64,000 nt of DNA from Adineta vaga (lineage: Eukaryota; Animalia; Rotifera), in the NCBI GenBank assembly GCA_021613535.1, contig CP075496.1:14756001-14820000 (forward strand), given 5' to 3'. Within the stretch, counting starts at the first letter, position 1. Every line of letters begins with the position of its first letter. The notes under the pieces were generated by a model that saw only the letters and a list, made by a program, of their open reading frames with translations, ran no database searches and was not told the DNA's origin. Positions 1 through 12,105 of the stretch are shown piece by piece. The translations under genes were made by a program, and so were the position numbers.

Positions 1-258
1 CGTTTCCGATTTTTTGTCTTCAATTATTATTATATCTTTAAAATTCTATGGTTTATTAAGAATGAAAGAAATAACAGTCACTCATTCTCATTAATTATTG
101 TTAATAGATAATTAGAAGAAGTAACTTTTATTTCTTCTATCTTTATTAAAACTTTTCGGAAGAGATATTCAACTGTAATTCATTGTTAATTTTCTCTAAT
201 TAATGTTCAAATATATATAAGATAAGAACATTCTTTTTTTTTTCTCATTATTATTTCT

Positions 259-1209
259 ATGTCTGTATCAGCAATACTATATGCTTTTCATAAAGATTTA
301 TTTCAATTTGGTGGTCCAATCTTAATATTCTTTGGTAGTCTTGGTTGTTTAATAAATCTGTTAGTTTTTACAAAAGATTCTTTACGAAAAAATCCATGTA
401 CAATCTGTTTTATAACGATTAATACAGTTAATTTAATTTGTTTTTATGCAGTTGTTCTTGTTACCACACTTAGTGTTGGTTATGATATTGATCCAAGTTC
501 AAAAAATCTTTATTTTTGTCGATTTCGTTTTTATATTGCTTATGTTTTATCATCTTGGGAATCAACTTGTCTTATATTGGCATCAATTGATCGTACATTA
601 GTTACGTCATCTAAAGCAAATACAAGAAAATTAAGTACACGTCGATCAATTTTAATAAGTTTAATTAGTTTACATTTATTTTGGATGATTTTTCATATTC
701 ATTCATTTATATTTATGGAAATTCAAGAATTTCAACCAAATGTTTTTGTTTGTTATTATCAATCAGGTCGATATACATTATTTATAACTTATTATTTACT
801 TATATTTAATGGATTTCTTCCACCATTATTAATGACAATATTTGGATGTTTAACAATAAAAAATATTCGTCAAGTTAGTCATAAAATAATTCCAACAAAT
901 ATATCACAAATTGGAAGACAATATATTCTTCAATCAAAAGATCGACAATTAATTCGAATGTTATTTGTTGATATAATTAGTTATACAATTAGTAAACTTC
1001 CATATGCATTTTATTATCTTTATCAACAAATAACAAAATATGAAAATAAAAATATTGAACAACAATTAATTGAACAATCTATTCTTATTTTAATTTATTT
1101 TTTATTTTTTATTGAAAATAGTATTAGTGGTTATACGAATATTTTGGTATCAAAAACTTTTCGTACAGAAATAAAACGAATTATTTTAAATATATGTCAT
1201 ATCGATTAG
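259..1209 (+). CDS. Rhodopsin-like (class A) 7TM GPCR, single exon
   Basis: 316 aa with 7 hydrophobic segments, TM1 'G..GCLINLLVF', 'LRKNPC', TM3 'CRFRFY...ASIDR' (DRY-like) and C-terminal 'SKTFR.E' helix 8. Confidence 0.85.
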   Translation: MSVSAILYAFHKDLFQFGGPILIFFGSLGCLINLLVFTKDSLRKNPCTICFITINTVNLICFYAVVLVTTLSVGYDIDPSSKNLYFCRFRFYIAYVLSSWESTCLILASIDRTLVTSSKANTRKLSTRRSILISLISLHLFWMIFHIHSFIFMEIQEFQPNVFVCYYQSGRYTLFITYYLLIFNGFLPPLLMTIFGCLTIKNIRQVSHKIIPTNISQIGRQYILQSKDRQLIRMLFVDIISYTISKLPYAFYYLYQQITKYENKNIEQQLIEQSILILIYFLFFIENSISGYTNILVSKTFRTEIKRIILNICHID

Positions 1210-1360
1210 AGAGACGTTATTTAGTATATGATTAAATTTGGAATTTTTGCATAAAATAAATAAAGAATAAATTAAAGTTAACTTTATTTCTTTTATTATT
1301 GAAAATCTTCATCTAGATGAACATATATTGTATTAACATTTAAATAAATCGTTGAATAAC

Positions 1361-1420
1361 TGATGGTGTGAAAGTGTAGATAATAGATACATGCGAAATT
1401 CATATTCTCTTTCACACCCT
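1361..1420. repeat. Telomere-like hairpin element (degenerate)
   Basis: ggtgtgaaag ... ctttcacacc 10-bp stem. Confidence 0.45.
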
Positions 1421-2375
1421 ATAGATGCTCTTAATACCCCCACTAAAAAATTATAGGCAAAACATTTTTCATAATATTAAAACATGTATTTCGAGATTTT
1501 TCAAATATTTCAGTGTGTTCTGTATATGGGTTGCACTTTACATTTACTTTACTATATAGTAACTATTTAAGTTACTAATTTATTGGGAACTATGATAACT
1601 ACTCAATAATGTATAGTATTACTAGTAATTAAGTAATTAATTTTGTATTTCAGTTTCTAAATAAAAGAGAGTATCACTATTATCTGAAGGAAACTTAATT
1701 GAGTTTATGCTTGTCTATACTGGCAGGTCCATCGGATTATAGAAGGATACAAAAAAAAATGTATTAAAAGATGATTTATTTTGAGAGGACGGTGTTTTGA
1801 TCTTGATATAAGAATCTATTTATGTGAGATTTATTATTTAACGCAATAAATTTTAGATATCTATTGAACCTGTCTTTGTATTCGTGATTGAAATAATTCA
1901 ACTAACAGCTCTGGAAAACTTTTTCTATGCTGTTTGATCATATCTAAACTAATATCATATAATAATAAACGTTCGATTCGTGCAGCGAATTGCATAATAT
2001 GAAAAAAGTAAGTAAAAAAATATTATTATTTATGTTTCAGTTATTTACTGAAGTTTAATTGCGTATGAAGTATATGACATCAGATCGACAGAAACTTATT
2101 ATACTTTGCAAAGCTTGTCAGAAAGATCTACACCTATATACAACGGCACTGAAGAACTTGGAAAAAAGTCTTGCTCCTTTTAAAAAGTCACTGACACAAA
2201 AGCATGATGATCCTGCAATACTCTACCACTTTTTTTCGAAGAGTTTATAAAGATACGGATCGATTACATTTAAATTTAGAGTATTATGACAAAGTTGATA
2301 TCTTATATCTGGTTGTCATCTTTCTAAGAAGAATGGATCTGAAGGAAATTTTTGAATAGACATCGAAATTCGACT

Positions 2376-2469
2376 CATCTTGAGGATGTATGCATTGTGG
2401 ATGTGTAAGAAATAGATATATTACTTTTACCCATACACACTCTTACAAATCCTCTCTCACCCTCACAAG
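2376..2469. repeat. Telomere-like hairpin element
   Basis: catcttgaggatgt...tgtggatgtg ... cccatacacactc...caccctcacaag. Confidence 0.6.
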
Positions 2470-2567
2470 TATGACTAATAGTGGTAATGAAAAAAAAAGA
2501 AACTCACTTCTACATCAACACTCAAAACCTTTATATATCGCGATTTGAAGAACATAAGTTACAATCA

Positions 2568-3248
2568 TCAATAAAAAATAAGATCTAGAGCAAATATTAT
2601 CAAATAGAAAATAAATATAATAGCAATGGACCATTCGATAGATGCACCAACAGATTTCAATGTCAATACGTTGTTAGGTCCTTTGATAGTACCCATTACC
2701 ACGAAAGTAATAGCCAAAGGAATAACTACACCGACGAAAATGGCACGAAGAGACACTGTAAAATTTAATTGATTTCGTGAGAATCGATAGATAATTGTAA
2801 ATATAGCAGAGAGTAGAGTGAATACAATAAATAGACCAGTGAAAGTATAATGAGCTCCGCTATGATCCATTGAATCAAAAATTGATAGAAGAATCAGAGA
2901 CGCAGCTCCAATAAAACCACACACGATGGATATGATCGATACACCGCGTTTGAATCGTCGTCGATTTTCCATATCAAAACAGAGTTTAGTAAAGACAAGC
3001 GTAAGAACGAAGAATGTTCCCGTAATACTTGTGCCCACAATAAATGCTGTTTTATGAACAGCACCCACATCAGATATATATACTACTTCACCATCGTCCG
3101 AGTTGTATTGAATGAAACCATCTCGGCCCCATAAACCGAAGAGAGCCGCTATAGTCGAGAGCCATGCAAGAGAGGCAATGACGGATGATAATATACCGAT
3201 GATCCTGAATAATAAATGTTGCCACGATGGAGAGACAGTAATTTGCAT
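2568..3248 (-). CDS. Frag1/DRAM/Sfk1-family membrane protein (fungal Sfk1-like)
   Basis: 226 aa, ~6 TM, 'VYISDVGA' motif, 'LSIFD...H..F..LF', 'SIEWSIA'; intronless. Confidence 0.75.
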   Translation of the reverse strand: MQITVSPSWQHLLFRIIGILSSVIASLAWLSTIAALFGLWGRDGFIQYNSDDGEVVYISDVGAVHKTAFIVGTSITGTFFVLTLVFTKLCFDMENRRRFKRGVSIISIVCGFIGAASLILLSIFDSMDHSGAHYTFTGLFIVFTLLSAIFTIIYRFSRNQLNFTVSLRAIFVGVVIPLAITFVVMGTIKGPNNVLTLKSVGASIEWSIAIIFIFYLIIFALDLIFY

Positions 3249-4362
3249 TAGTTAGTGTAATTATGTGCTTTTCTTTTAAATACGTACGAAGGACACTGAG
3301 GTTGTCATTGTTATTGTATTACCTTTTCTTTTCGTTCTCATCATATATTGTCTCACCTCCCAATATATTCTTATAGTGTATACATGCTCTTTCTTATTAT
3401 TCTTGAGAAAAGAACGTGTGTGTACAAATAATAAGAAAAAAGAATGAGGAAAACGAACGTACCTTTAGAACACAGGTATTGTAGTTTACCAGTTATCAGT
3501 GCGTTCAGGACATACTTTTGTTATTGAAATAAAGCTTGTATTCTGTATAATTGTCCTTTTTTTTATTTCCAATATAATTCTCCCTTTTGTTCATTACAAA
3601 GACGACAAACAACTGTTTAAAACTCAAATTTGTTTCAAAAAAGTAATCTCTCTTTTTTGGGCGTAATATGAATACTTTCGACCCTCCAGATGAAGTGATC
3701 GGTTCTAGAAAGTTACATTCTATTTTTATTTGATATAGTATTTAAGTGGAACTAAGAATACATGGCTCCAAAGGAAAATCGAAAATTTTTAGGACTCACC
3801 TACCCCATTTTTTTTATTATTCGTCAAGGACATTTTCTCTTCTCATTCAATGCTTTGTCACTGCTAGTGTTATTCACCTGAGAGAAAAAGTATTTTATAT
3901 TGTTCTTTTTAATGTTAGCTACACTTCGAAGTGCTTAGAATAGTTAAAACGTAATCATTTTGTCGAGAAAAACATTTATTTATTAAACATGTTTTTTAAT
4001 GAAAGGTAAATAAGTAAATTTCGACTTTTTTCATTGAAATGATCATCATCAGTATAACATATGTCAATAAGTAAAATAAGCAACACAAAATAAATCAAAA
4101 TATCAACATGTTAATATCACAACAATATTATATAGAACAAAGAAAACGAAGAAGATCGTCCAGTTCGATCTATAGGTAAGGAAACATTATGACGTGCAGA
4201 ATGTTACATTTCTGCTACTTTTCACGGCAAACTTAAACATAATCATATGAGCAAAATATAATATAATGTTTGTTTATACAGAGAGAAATGTATTTAAACT
4301 TTTATTCAACGATTCATAGTTATGAGAAAAAAGTCTTCTTTGATATCGAATTTTTATATTAT

Positions 4363-6297
4363 TCAACTTTCAAGAGCAAGCAAAATTCGAATGATATTGC
4401 TGTTGTCATTTCCAACAATTACATCAAGTATACCGTCACCATTTAGATCTCCAACTGCACGTGATCGTGCCAGCGCGCCTGCATTAGTATTTTTGAACAA
4501 CAGCGTAAATATGCCATCAGGGCTGCCTAAAATATATTATGTACTTTCTTATATATCATAAATGATTTCTATTCTCTACAAAATCTAGACTATGAGAGAA
4601 GAAAATTTCCTGTTGAATATTATAGAGATATTGAGAAATCAGTCTTAAGTCATGTGATAATTTGTAAAAACAGGAATACTGACCGATGAACAAATGGATG
4701 GCACCACCGCCACGCGCAACCACGTATAAATCAAGGAAACCGTCCCGGTTTGCATCGCAGGCTACTATACTTACAGGTGCATAAATCGTTTTATACAGTG
4801 TCACATTACTAAAGATTCCAAGACCATTGCCGAATAAAATAGCTAGTGAATTCTTTCCGTTATTTACCAAAGCAACATCAACGTTTCCGTCTGTATTAAA
4901 GTCTCCAGCCGCGATTCCTTGTGTAACTCCATCTGTATTGTAAAAGACAGGTATCGCAAATGATCCATTGCCAAATCCTGCCATGTATGCAAATCCTGTC
5001 GCGCCACTGCCTCCACCATTAGCCACGCCCAGATCAAAATGGGCATCGTTATTGAAATGTGTTACAATCAACCAAACAGGATTAAAGTTGCTCGTCCTAA
5101 TACTTTGTATTAAAGTAAAAGTCAAATTAGGTCCACCAAGCATAACACTAATGCCTCCGCCATAATAGTTAGCAGTGATGTAGTCGAGTATTCCATCGTC
5201 GTTAACATCGGTTGCTACAACCTGTTCTGGTTTTGTATTAGCACCTGTGGATAACTTCAATGAAAGTGGGAGCATAATTCCACCTCCTATGTTTTGATAG
5301 AACCAAATGGTGTTATCATCAGCATTACTTACCACAATATCAACTAAGTCATCGTTGTTGAGATAAGTAGTGGTAAGCGACATTGGATTGAAGCCCGTCC
5401 TATATGTTGACAAAAACGAAAATGTACCATCACCCCTACCCAACCAGATAGCGAGTAACATCTCGTTACTATACATCGCGATTAGATCAAGGTTGCCGTC
5501 GTTGTCTAGATCTCCAAGTTGAACGTCAGATGTTTCTATAGTATTATTTAAATTGACTATATCGGGAGCAACCAAAATCAAAGTGAGGTTGGATACTATA
5601 GACATACAAAAAACATGGATCAGTTTTTTAACAGAGGCAATTCAGTTAAAAATTTATTTTGCGTGAACAATACGTAGACACAAGATTGATATTTCTAGAA
5701 GTTACAGCTCATTGTCAGCAAACTATGGAGATATATCGTTTTATCTCTAAGTGTATACTGAGTTTTCGGAAATGAACAACATCTATGCGCTACACTAATG
5801 ACCGTTCTACGATATCTCGGCAGTTATGTAGCTATAATTTTGTCCAAAGTACGTCTGATGATCTTCTGATTACACGATCATAAGTCATAGAACAAGTGTA
5901 CAAAACGGTGAATCAACTCACGTTGAGTTTTGCTTAATATACTAATTGTTGTCATTTCGTTTGATGCCGAGAGTAACCGACTAGGAAAACCAAGTTTGAC
6001 TGAATATATCATACATCTATGATCGTGACTATGGAACGTAGCTGTTCGACATAGATCTATGTTAAAACAAGCCAATGTGCAATCTTCCACACTGTTTATA
6101 TTTTTAACCAGTATGTTCTTTTCGACTGGTGAGGATAAAATATTTGGCATATAAGCTTGACCGACATAAATATTACAGTATGTTGATCTAACACCAACCT
6201 GTGCATCCAAGGCTAAGCATACAAACTGACATAAAAGACAGGAGAAGGCGATGATGATGACAAGGCGTAGCATCAGAACGTCAATTAGTACTAACAT
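4363..6297 (-). CDS. Secreted PAN/Apple-domain + FG-GAP repeat (beta-propeller) protein, 3 exons (~6297-5921, ~5595-4684, ~4527-4363)
   Basis: Signal peptide and a PAN-like 'C...C.....CRTATF......C' in exon 1; repeated 'D(L/F/V)NxDGxxD' FG-GAP motifs; GT-AG junctions join the ORFs in frame; last exon ends 'GDLNGDGILDVIVGND...LES*'. Confidence 0.75.
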
Positions 6298-6309
6298 ATT
6301 TGAAGCAAA

Positions 6310-7130
6310 GGACAGGGGCGTATAAGCAATGGAAAATGGGCTCAAAGGAATTTATCAAAACTTCGTCGAGAAATTGTTCTAGGAAAGTGAGATAAGCTAT
6401 ATTAGAGCAAATTCAAGCAATACTAAGCGTATTTGAACATGCTTTCATGTGAAAATATCATAAAATATTATAGGGGCTTTTATACATATTATTTGTATTT
6501 ATAATGGGCCAGTTTTTGACTAAAACAGAAAACCTTTGAAAAATATATAAAGCTCATTTTATCTTCATTGGAAAGAGCATTAAATTCTGCATCGTTCTAT
6601 ATAAAGATCATGTCTTTAAACCAATTATTACTACTATTTTTCTATAATTTACTACTATTAAAAATATATTATTTTATACATTATTTTATCTAATTTTGAC
6701 TTTTTCAATACATTTTTTGCGTGAGCCGCTTTCGCTTATATACCATTTGATAGAGCGAAGAAAGCGCTACAAACTGGTATATAAATCATTTAATTTCGAG
6801 TTGGTCCCGGTATTCATAAAAGTCAAAAACTATGTTCGATGCACGAAAAATTCACTTTTTTTATGTATTAGTCAATTATTATTTAATTATTGTTTTTGAT
6901 AGAAGCGACAGTTAATATAATTTTCATTCAAAGGATATTCAGACATATCTCAAATAAAAAATTCTTATATCTTTTGTGTTAAAAAGCAACATTTTTCAGC
7001 CTTAAAATGATGACATGTTAATATATCTTGTAATTTTTCGACATTAGTCAATATTAACATTTTGAAATTTCTGTAAGAACAACTTTATTATTTTAATTCA
7101 ATTTGTTAGGTCAATTTCAAATGAGAAATA
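6310..7130 (+). repeat. Left terminal inverted repeat (821 bp)
   Basis: Reverse complement of 10093-10912. Confidence 0.95.
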
Positions 7131-7167
7131 TAGATATGAAATGGGTAGTTCGTAATAAAAACAAGTA

Positions 7168-9966
7168 TCAATGAGCTAGGTCTGGTGTATCTGTGGTGGT
7201 GTCGTTGTTTGTATCATCATCATCAACATTCATGTAGCTATCGTCTACGAATCCAAGTAGTCGAGCAGCAGAAAGAGGATGGATTTTAGGATTCATTTCT
7301 CCTTGTTGAACACCCATATACCAAAGTAGAGCAGTAATATGAACACAACAGCCGACTGTACGTGATCCAGATGCACATGTACAAAACCAACCTTGTATCG
7401 GCTGCTCCAAGTTGTTGTCAAATTGTACTGTTGCAATATGATGTTTCGTATTGCTGTGGCGTGAGTGGAATCGAACTCGAAGTAAATCACGTTGCTTTTC
7501 ACACAATTCAACAATGAACTCAAGATCATTTTCATCAAGGTAAGAAGATTGAAAGTGTTCATTGATATAAGATTTGCATTGTTTAATTTGATAGTTCCCT
7601 GAAAAATAATATAAACAAAAACTCTACGAGAGAAGATAGGAAACAAACCACAGCTAATGTTTCGTACATCTTCTTCAGTTAAATGTGGAAATATGCACAT
7701 TCTAGAATCATATTTTCTCCAATGCATGTTTTTATCGGCAGATATACTAATTAATCTTTTTTCAAGTTCATTTTCTTTCTTCATTTGTTCTAACATGATT
7801 CTAGCTAATTCAATTCCACTTGATGGATCTTTCATTGTTGGGTGACGAAAAGCATTATGAAGAGCACATACTATATCCAAATCATCAGGTAGAAATTGTA
7901 AAGATGAATTTTTAAGAGAGTTAAAATAATTCCATTCTTTGATTTTGCCATTCACTAAAATATCGGATGATCAACTAGAAGAAAAAATTATCTATAATAT
8001 TTACCACTTTCAATTATCCAACGGTTTTTAGTTATAAATCGGGTTCGGTTTGCTTCTTCTGTTGTAAATTGTTTTTTTCCTTTTAGAAATGCTGGAATTT
8101 GAACTTGAAAACCAAGCTCTTCCATAGAATTTACTGCATCTCTAAAGCCACGATCAACGATAACGATATCTTCGTCATGAAGCCAGTTTTTGATATTTTG
8201 ATCATTATTCTTCAAGATATGTTTGATAATGGAAGCATCATTATTTTTTCCATCGGCCAGAAAAGGTCCGAATACTGACAAAATATAACCATCCTATGTA
8301 AAATTGCAATAATGAAGCTCTCATAATAGTAAGGTAAGCATCATTTTTATAAATCCTATGATGAACTTCAGAAAGCATTCTATCGGCTACGATATTTTAA
8401 GGCTACCTTTTCCTAAATTGTATCCTTATATATTCTTTCAATAGTAAAGCTAAAACTTTTCTATAAATGTGACCTTTCAGTAGTGAACCATATATATGTT
8501 TATGTTCACATTTAAAAGAATACTTATTTTAATCATAGAAGAGGAGGACAAATTACTCTCTTTATTTAACACTTACTGTAGCGGTTATTATCATTGGTTT
8601 AACAAGGTTCTTATGCTTATGCATGCTATATGTTCTTCTTTGAAATTGATTGTCACTAGACTTTTGAATTGTAAGATATGTACCATCCATAACAATACAA
8701 AGTTGATTAGAAACATCGGCAAGTAGAGCTGTTGCAACAGCAGATTGATGATGGTCAATCACCGATTGTCGATTAATATGATCGAAACCTATATAATGTG
8801 GTACAAAATTAATTTTTAATGCTTGTCGCACTTGATTGATAACATGAGAAACTGTTCTTTTGTCTTTTAAACCAAACATAGTTGCTAAAACTCGATTAGC
8901 AAGACCCAAACGAAACTTTGCGAGGAACACTGCTAATGCAACTCGAGTAGAACGAATTTTCGAGTTACGCATGTGTTGGATTTGTTGAAGAAGATCGTTG
9001 AACTGATCTAAAAAATGATTTTATTAGATTCTATTATATATGCATGAATTAAGCTTGTTTTTTATTTGAATTAAAAGTCTCCAAGTACAGATTACTTTAT
9101 AGAAATTCGCTAACAAACGGATTATGACATTCAAATAATCCTAGATTTTTTCAACAGTACTGTCCCAGCAAATGAGATTAACCATCCTACCTTTCGATAG
9201 ACCAGTAATATTGTAATATGCAGTATCATCCAGAGAAGCATCATTATCAAAATCAAATGCTATGTTGCTTTGAGTAACTGTACGAAAGCTGTTGAATATT
9301 TTCTCAATGTCTTGAGAAGTAAAAGAAACAAGATCAGAATCAAATGGAATAATTCGATGAATGGCTTCATAAGACAATTGTCCTCTGCAGAAATGATCGC
9401 CACAACAACGAGCTCCAGGTGATATATATATTCCTCGTTTGATAAACAATGTATTCCTATCTTCTTCATTTAATCGAGTTCGATTATTGCAGTTTCTCAC
9501 TCCACAAACAATACAAGAACTAAACAGATAATAAAAATAAGATCCCTAAAAACATCTTTTCATATTTTACTTTTCATCTTTGCTACATCGATTCACTCTG
9601 ATCTTTACTGATTCAATTTGTTTTGATGTCTGAGTAGATTTTGTGTTATTTTTCTCTTCTAAACCCATATTCTATATATACAAAAAATATTTCACATGTT
9701 AAAGTTACATGAGATATTACTTCTTCAATTTCATCGTCGTTTTCATTCAATTTATCATCATCAATAAGGTCATCAATCTGGTCCTTTGTTTTACGATACC
9801 ATCTTTCATACTTTGATCGGCATCCTTTGCAAACATAAGACGTACAATCGTGTCTTTTATGACACCGAGCAGAGAGATATAGTTTCAGCAATAAATTAGT
9901 GATCGGTCGTGCATTATCAACAACTGTATTACACTGAAAACATCTTGCCCGAGGATTACGAGGCAT
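7168..9966 (-). CDS. Multi-exon transposase: N-terminal Cys-rich Zn-binding region, HTH, DDE_Tnp_4 catalytic domain, C-terminal SWIM finger
   Basis: ORF pieces 9646-9966, 9141-9500, 8562-8972 ('VMDGTY', 'YSMHKHKNLVK'), 7988-8281 ('NNDA', 'VDRGFRD', 'RWIIES'), 7293-7955 and 7168-7506 ('CTCASGSRTVGCCVH' SWIM), separated by AT-rich GT-AG introns. Confidence 0.85.
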
Positions 9967-10092
9967 TGTATATTGTCAAATTAACGGTAACGAATTGAAC
10001 GTTAAACAAAATATATATGACAGAACGGAAAAAAATGACGTCATCATCGTCAACGAATAGTTCTGTCTTTAAGTATCTTTTTTAAAATGAAG

Positions 10093-10912
10093 TATTTCTC
10101 ATTTGAAATTGACCTAACAAATTGAATTAAAATAATAAAGTTGTTCTTACAGAAATTTCAAAATGTTAATATTGACTAATGTCGAAAAATTACAAGATAT
10201 ATTAACATGTCATCATTTTAAGGCTGAAAAATGTTGCTTTTTAACACAAAAGATATAAGAATTTTTTATTTGAGATATGTCTGAATATCCTTTGAATGAA
10301 AATTATATTAACTGTCGCTTCTATCAAAAACAATAATTAAATAATAATTGACTAATACATAAAAAAAGTGAATTTTTCGTGCATCGAACATAGTTTTGAC
10401 TTTTATGAATACCGGGACCAACTCGAAATTAAATGATTTATATACCAGTTTGTAGCGCTTTCTTCGCTCTATCAAATGGTATATAAGCGAAAGCGGCTCA
10501 CGCAAAAAATGTATTGAAAAAGTCAAAATTAGATAAAATAATGTATAAAATAATATATTTTTAATAGTAGTAAATTATAGAAAAATAGTAGTAATAATTG
10601 GTTTAAAGACATGATCTTTATATAGAACGATGCAGAATTTAATGCTCTTTCCAATGAAGATAAAATGAGCTTTATATATTTTTCAAAGGTTTTCTGTTTT
10701 AGTCAAAAACTGGCCCATTATAAATACAAATAATATGTATAAAAGCCCCTATAATATTTTATGATATTTTCACATGAAAGCATGTTCAAATACGCTTAGT
10801 ATTGCTTGAATTTGCTCTAATATAGCTTATCTCACTTTCCTAGAACAATTTCTCGACGAAGTTTTGATAAATTCCTTTGAGCCCATTTTCCATTGCTTAT
10901 ACGCCCCTGTCC
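10093..10912 (-). repeat. Right terminal inverted repeat (820 bp)
   Basis: Reverse complement of 6310-7130. Confidence 0.95.
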
Positions 10913-12105
10913 TTTGTATTCTTTACGTGCGTATTTTTGTCAGTATAAATAGTAGCTGAATATAATAAAGATAATATGCAATGAAAATAATAGATTTTTG
11001 TAATTATTTTTTTCAATTACTTGTTCGAAAAAAAAATGAGGAAATATTGCAGGTAAAGAATGCACAAATAAACTAGCTCATTTTAGAAAGACAATTAAAA
11101 AGTAAAGGAGAGAATACATGAATAAAAGCGTCAGGAACCGAGAAAATAAAAAGTAGGTAGTCGAATTATTACTTTAAAAAAATCAACTATTAAAGATAAA
11201 AACTCATTTTCATGAGTGGTTAAAGTAATCGAAAAACTTGAATATTGGCGTTCAACTTGATAAATTCTACTTCTCCAAATTTGAGCGAGAAATATTTTTC
11301 AATTAAATAAATCATATGATTATCATTTGATCAACGAATGATAAAAAACAGATTAATCGTGAAGAATATATTTTGTGCGCTTACTGCGAAGTATAGAAAA
11401 AGACAATATTTATAATTCAAAAACAAAAAAGTTATCGAATATCATTCATAATAGAATGATTGCTGTAGATTAATAAAACCAACGAGACCATATAGCACCC
11501 TAAATTAATATTACGAATGATGTTGTTGCGTTTTCATTGTATGCTATTACAACCAATAAACATGAACTAGTGATTACCAGGAATATATTATCAATCTAAT
11601 AGGATCGGTCAGTGTATCCGTTTACACAATAATTTTTGAAAATCTCATCCAATTGTCATGAAATTGGGTACACAGTTTTTGTCTCATGAATATCTCTATC
11701 AATCATTCATTTATGTAGTTATAGTAGAAAATGTCATATATATAAATAAACAAAGCTGGGTGTTCATCTGCCTGAGTCTCGAGGAAAGTCGACATGGGAT
11801 TGAGACTATCAATGGGTTGTCATGGAAAGCGTGCTGAGCGAAATTTCTCCATGTCAGAATAACATGAATCACCGATGTAATTACAGTATTATTTTTTTTC
11901 AAAATTAAAATGCACGTTCCTATAACACTCTTTGATGATGAAGGCGAAGTGTAAGTGCTTTTTTAACAAAACACTCACCCGCATCCTCGATTCTTGAATA
12001 TGATTAAAAAAATGACACACAAACTTATGATAAAATGTTCTGAGTATGAGATTATGAACGTTCATTTAGACGTAAGCGTGAGAAAGTATATGACTACTAG
12101 TTAGT

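Larger units (their letters stand above)
6310..10912 (-). mobile_element. DNA transposon, PHIS group (Harbinger/ISL2EU/Spy-like), 4603 bp with ~820-bp TIRs
   Basis: TIRs 6310-7130 and 10093-10912 are reverse complements with one visible 1-nt indel; termini GGACAGGGG...CCCCTGTCC; flanks ...gcAAA | TTTgt..., no TSD; internal DDE_Tnp_4-type transposase. Confidence 0.92.

Noticed and set aside
6298-6345. N-terminal extension of ORF 5878-6345
   Set aside because: Lies mostly within the transposon TIR and starts at a non-ATG codon; the real start is likely 6297 or 6273.
6696-10526. Twin ORFs 6696-6899 (+) and 10308-10526 (-) with identical N-termini
   Set aside because: Mirror artefacts of the TIRs; non-ATG start, and they differ by a frameshift.
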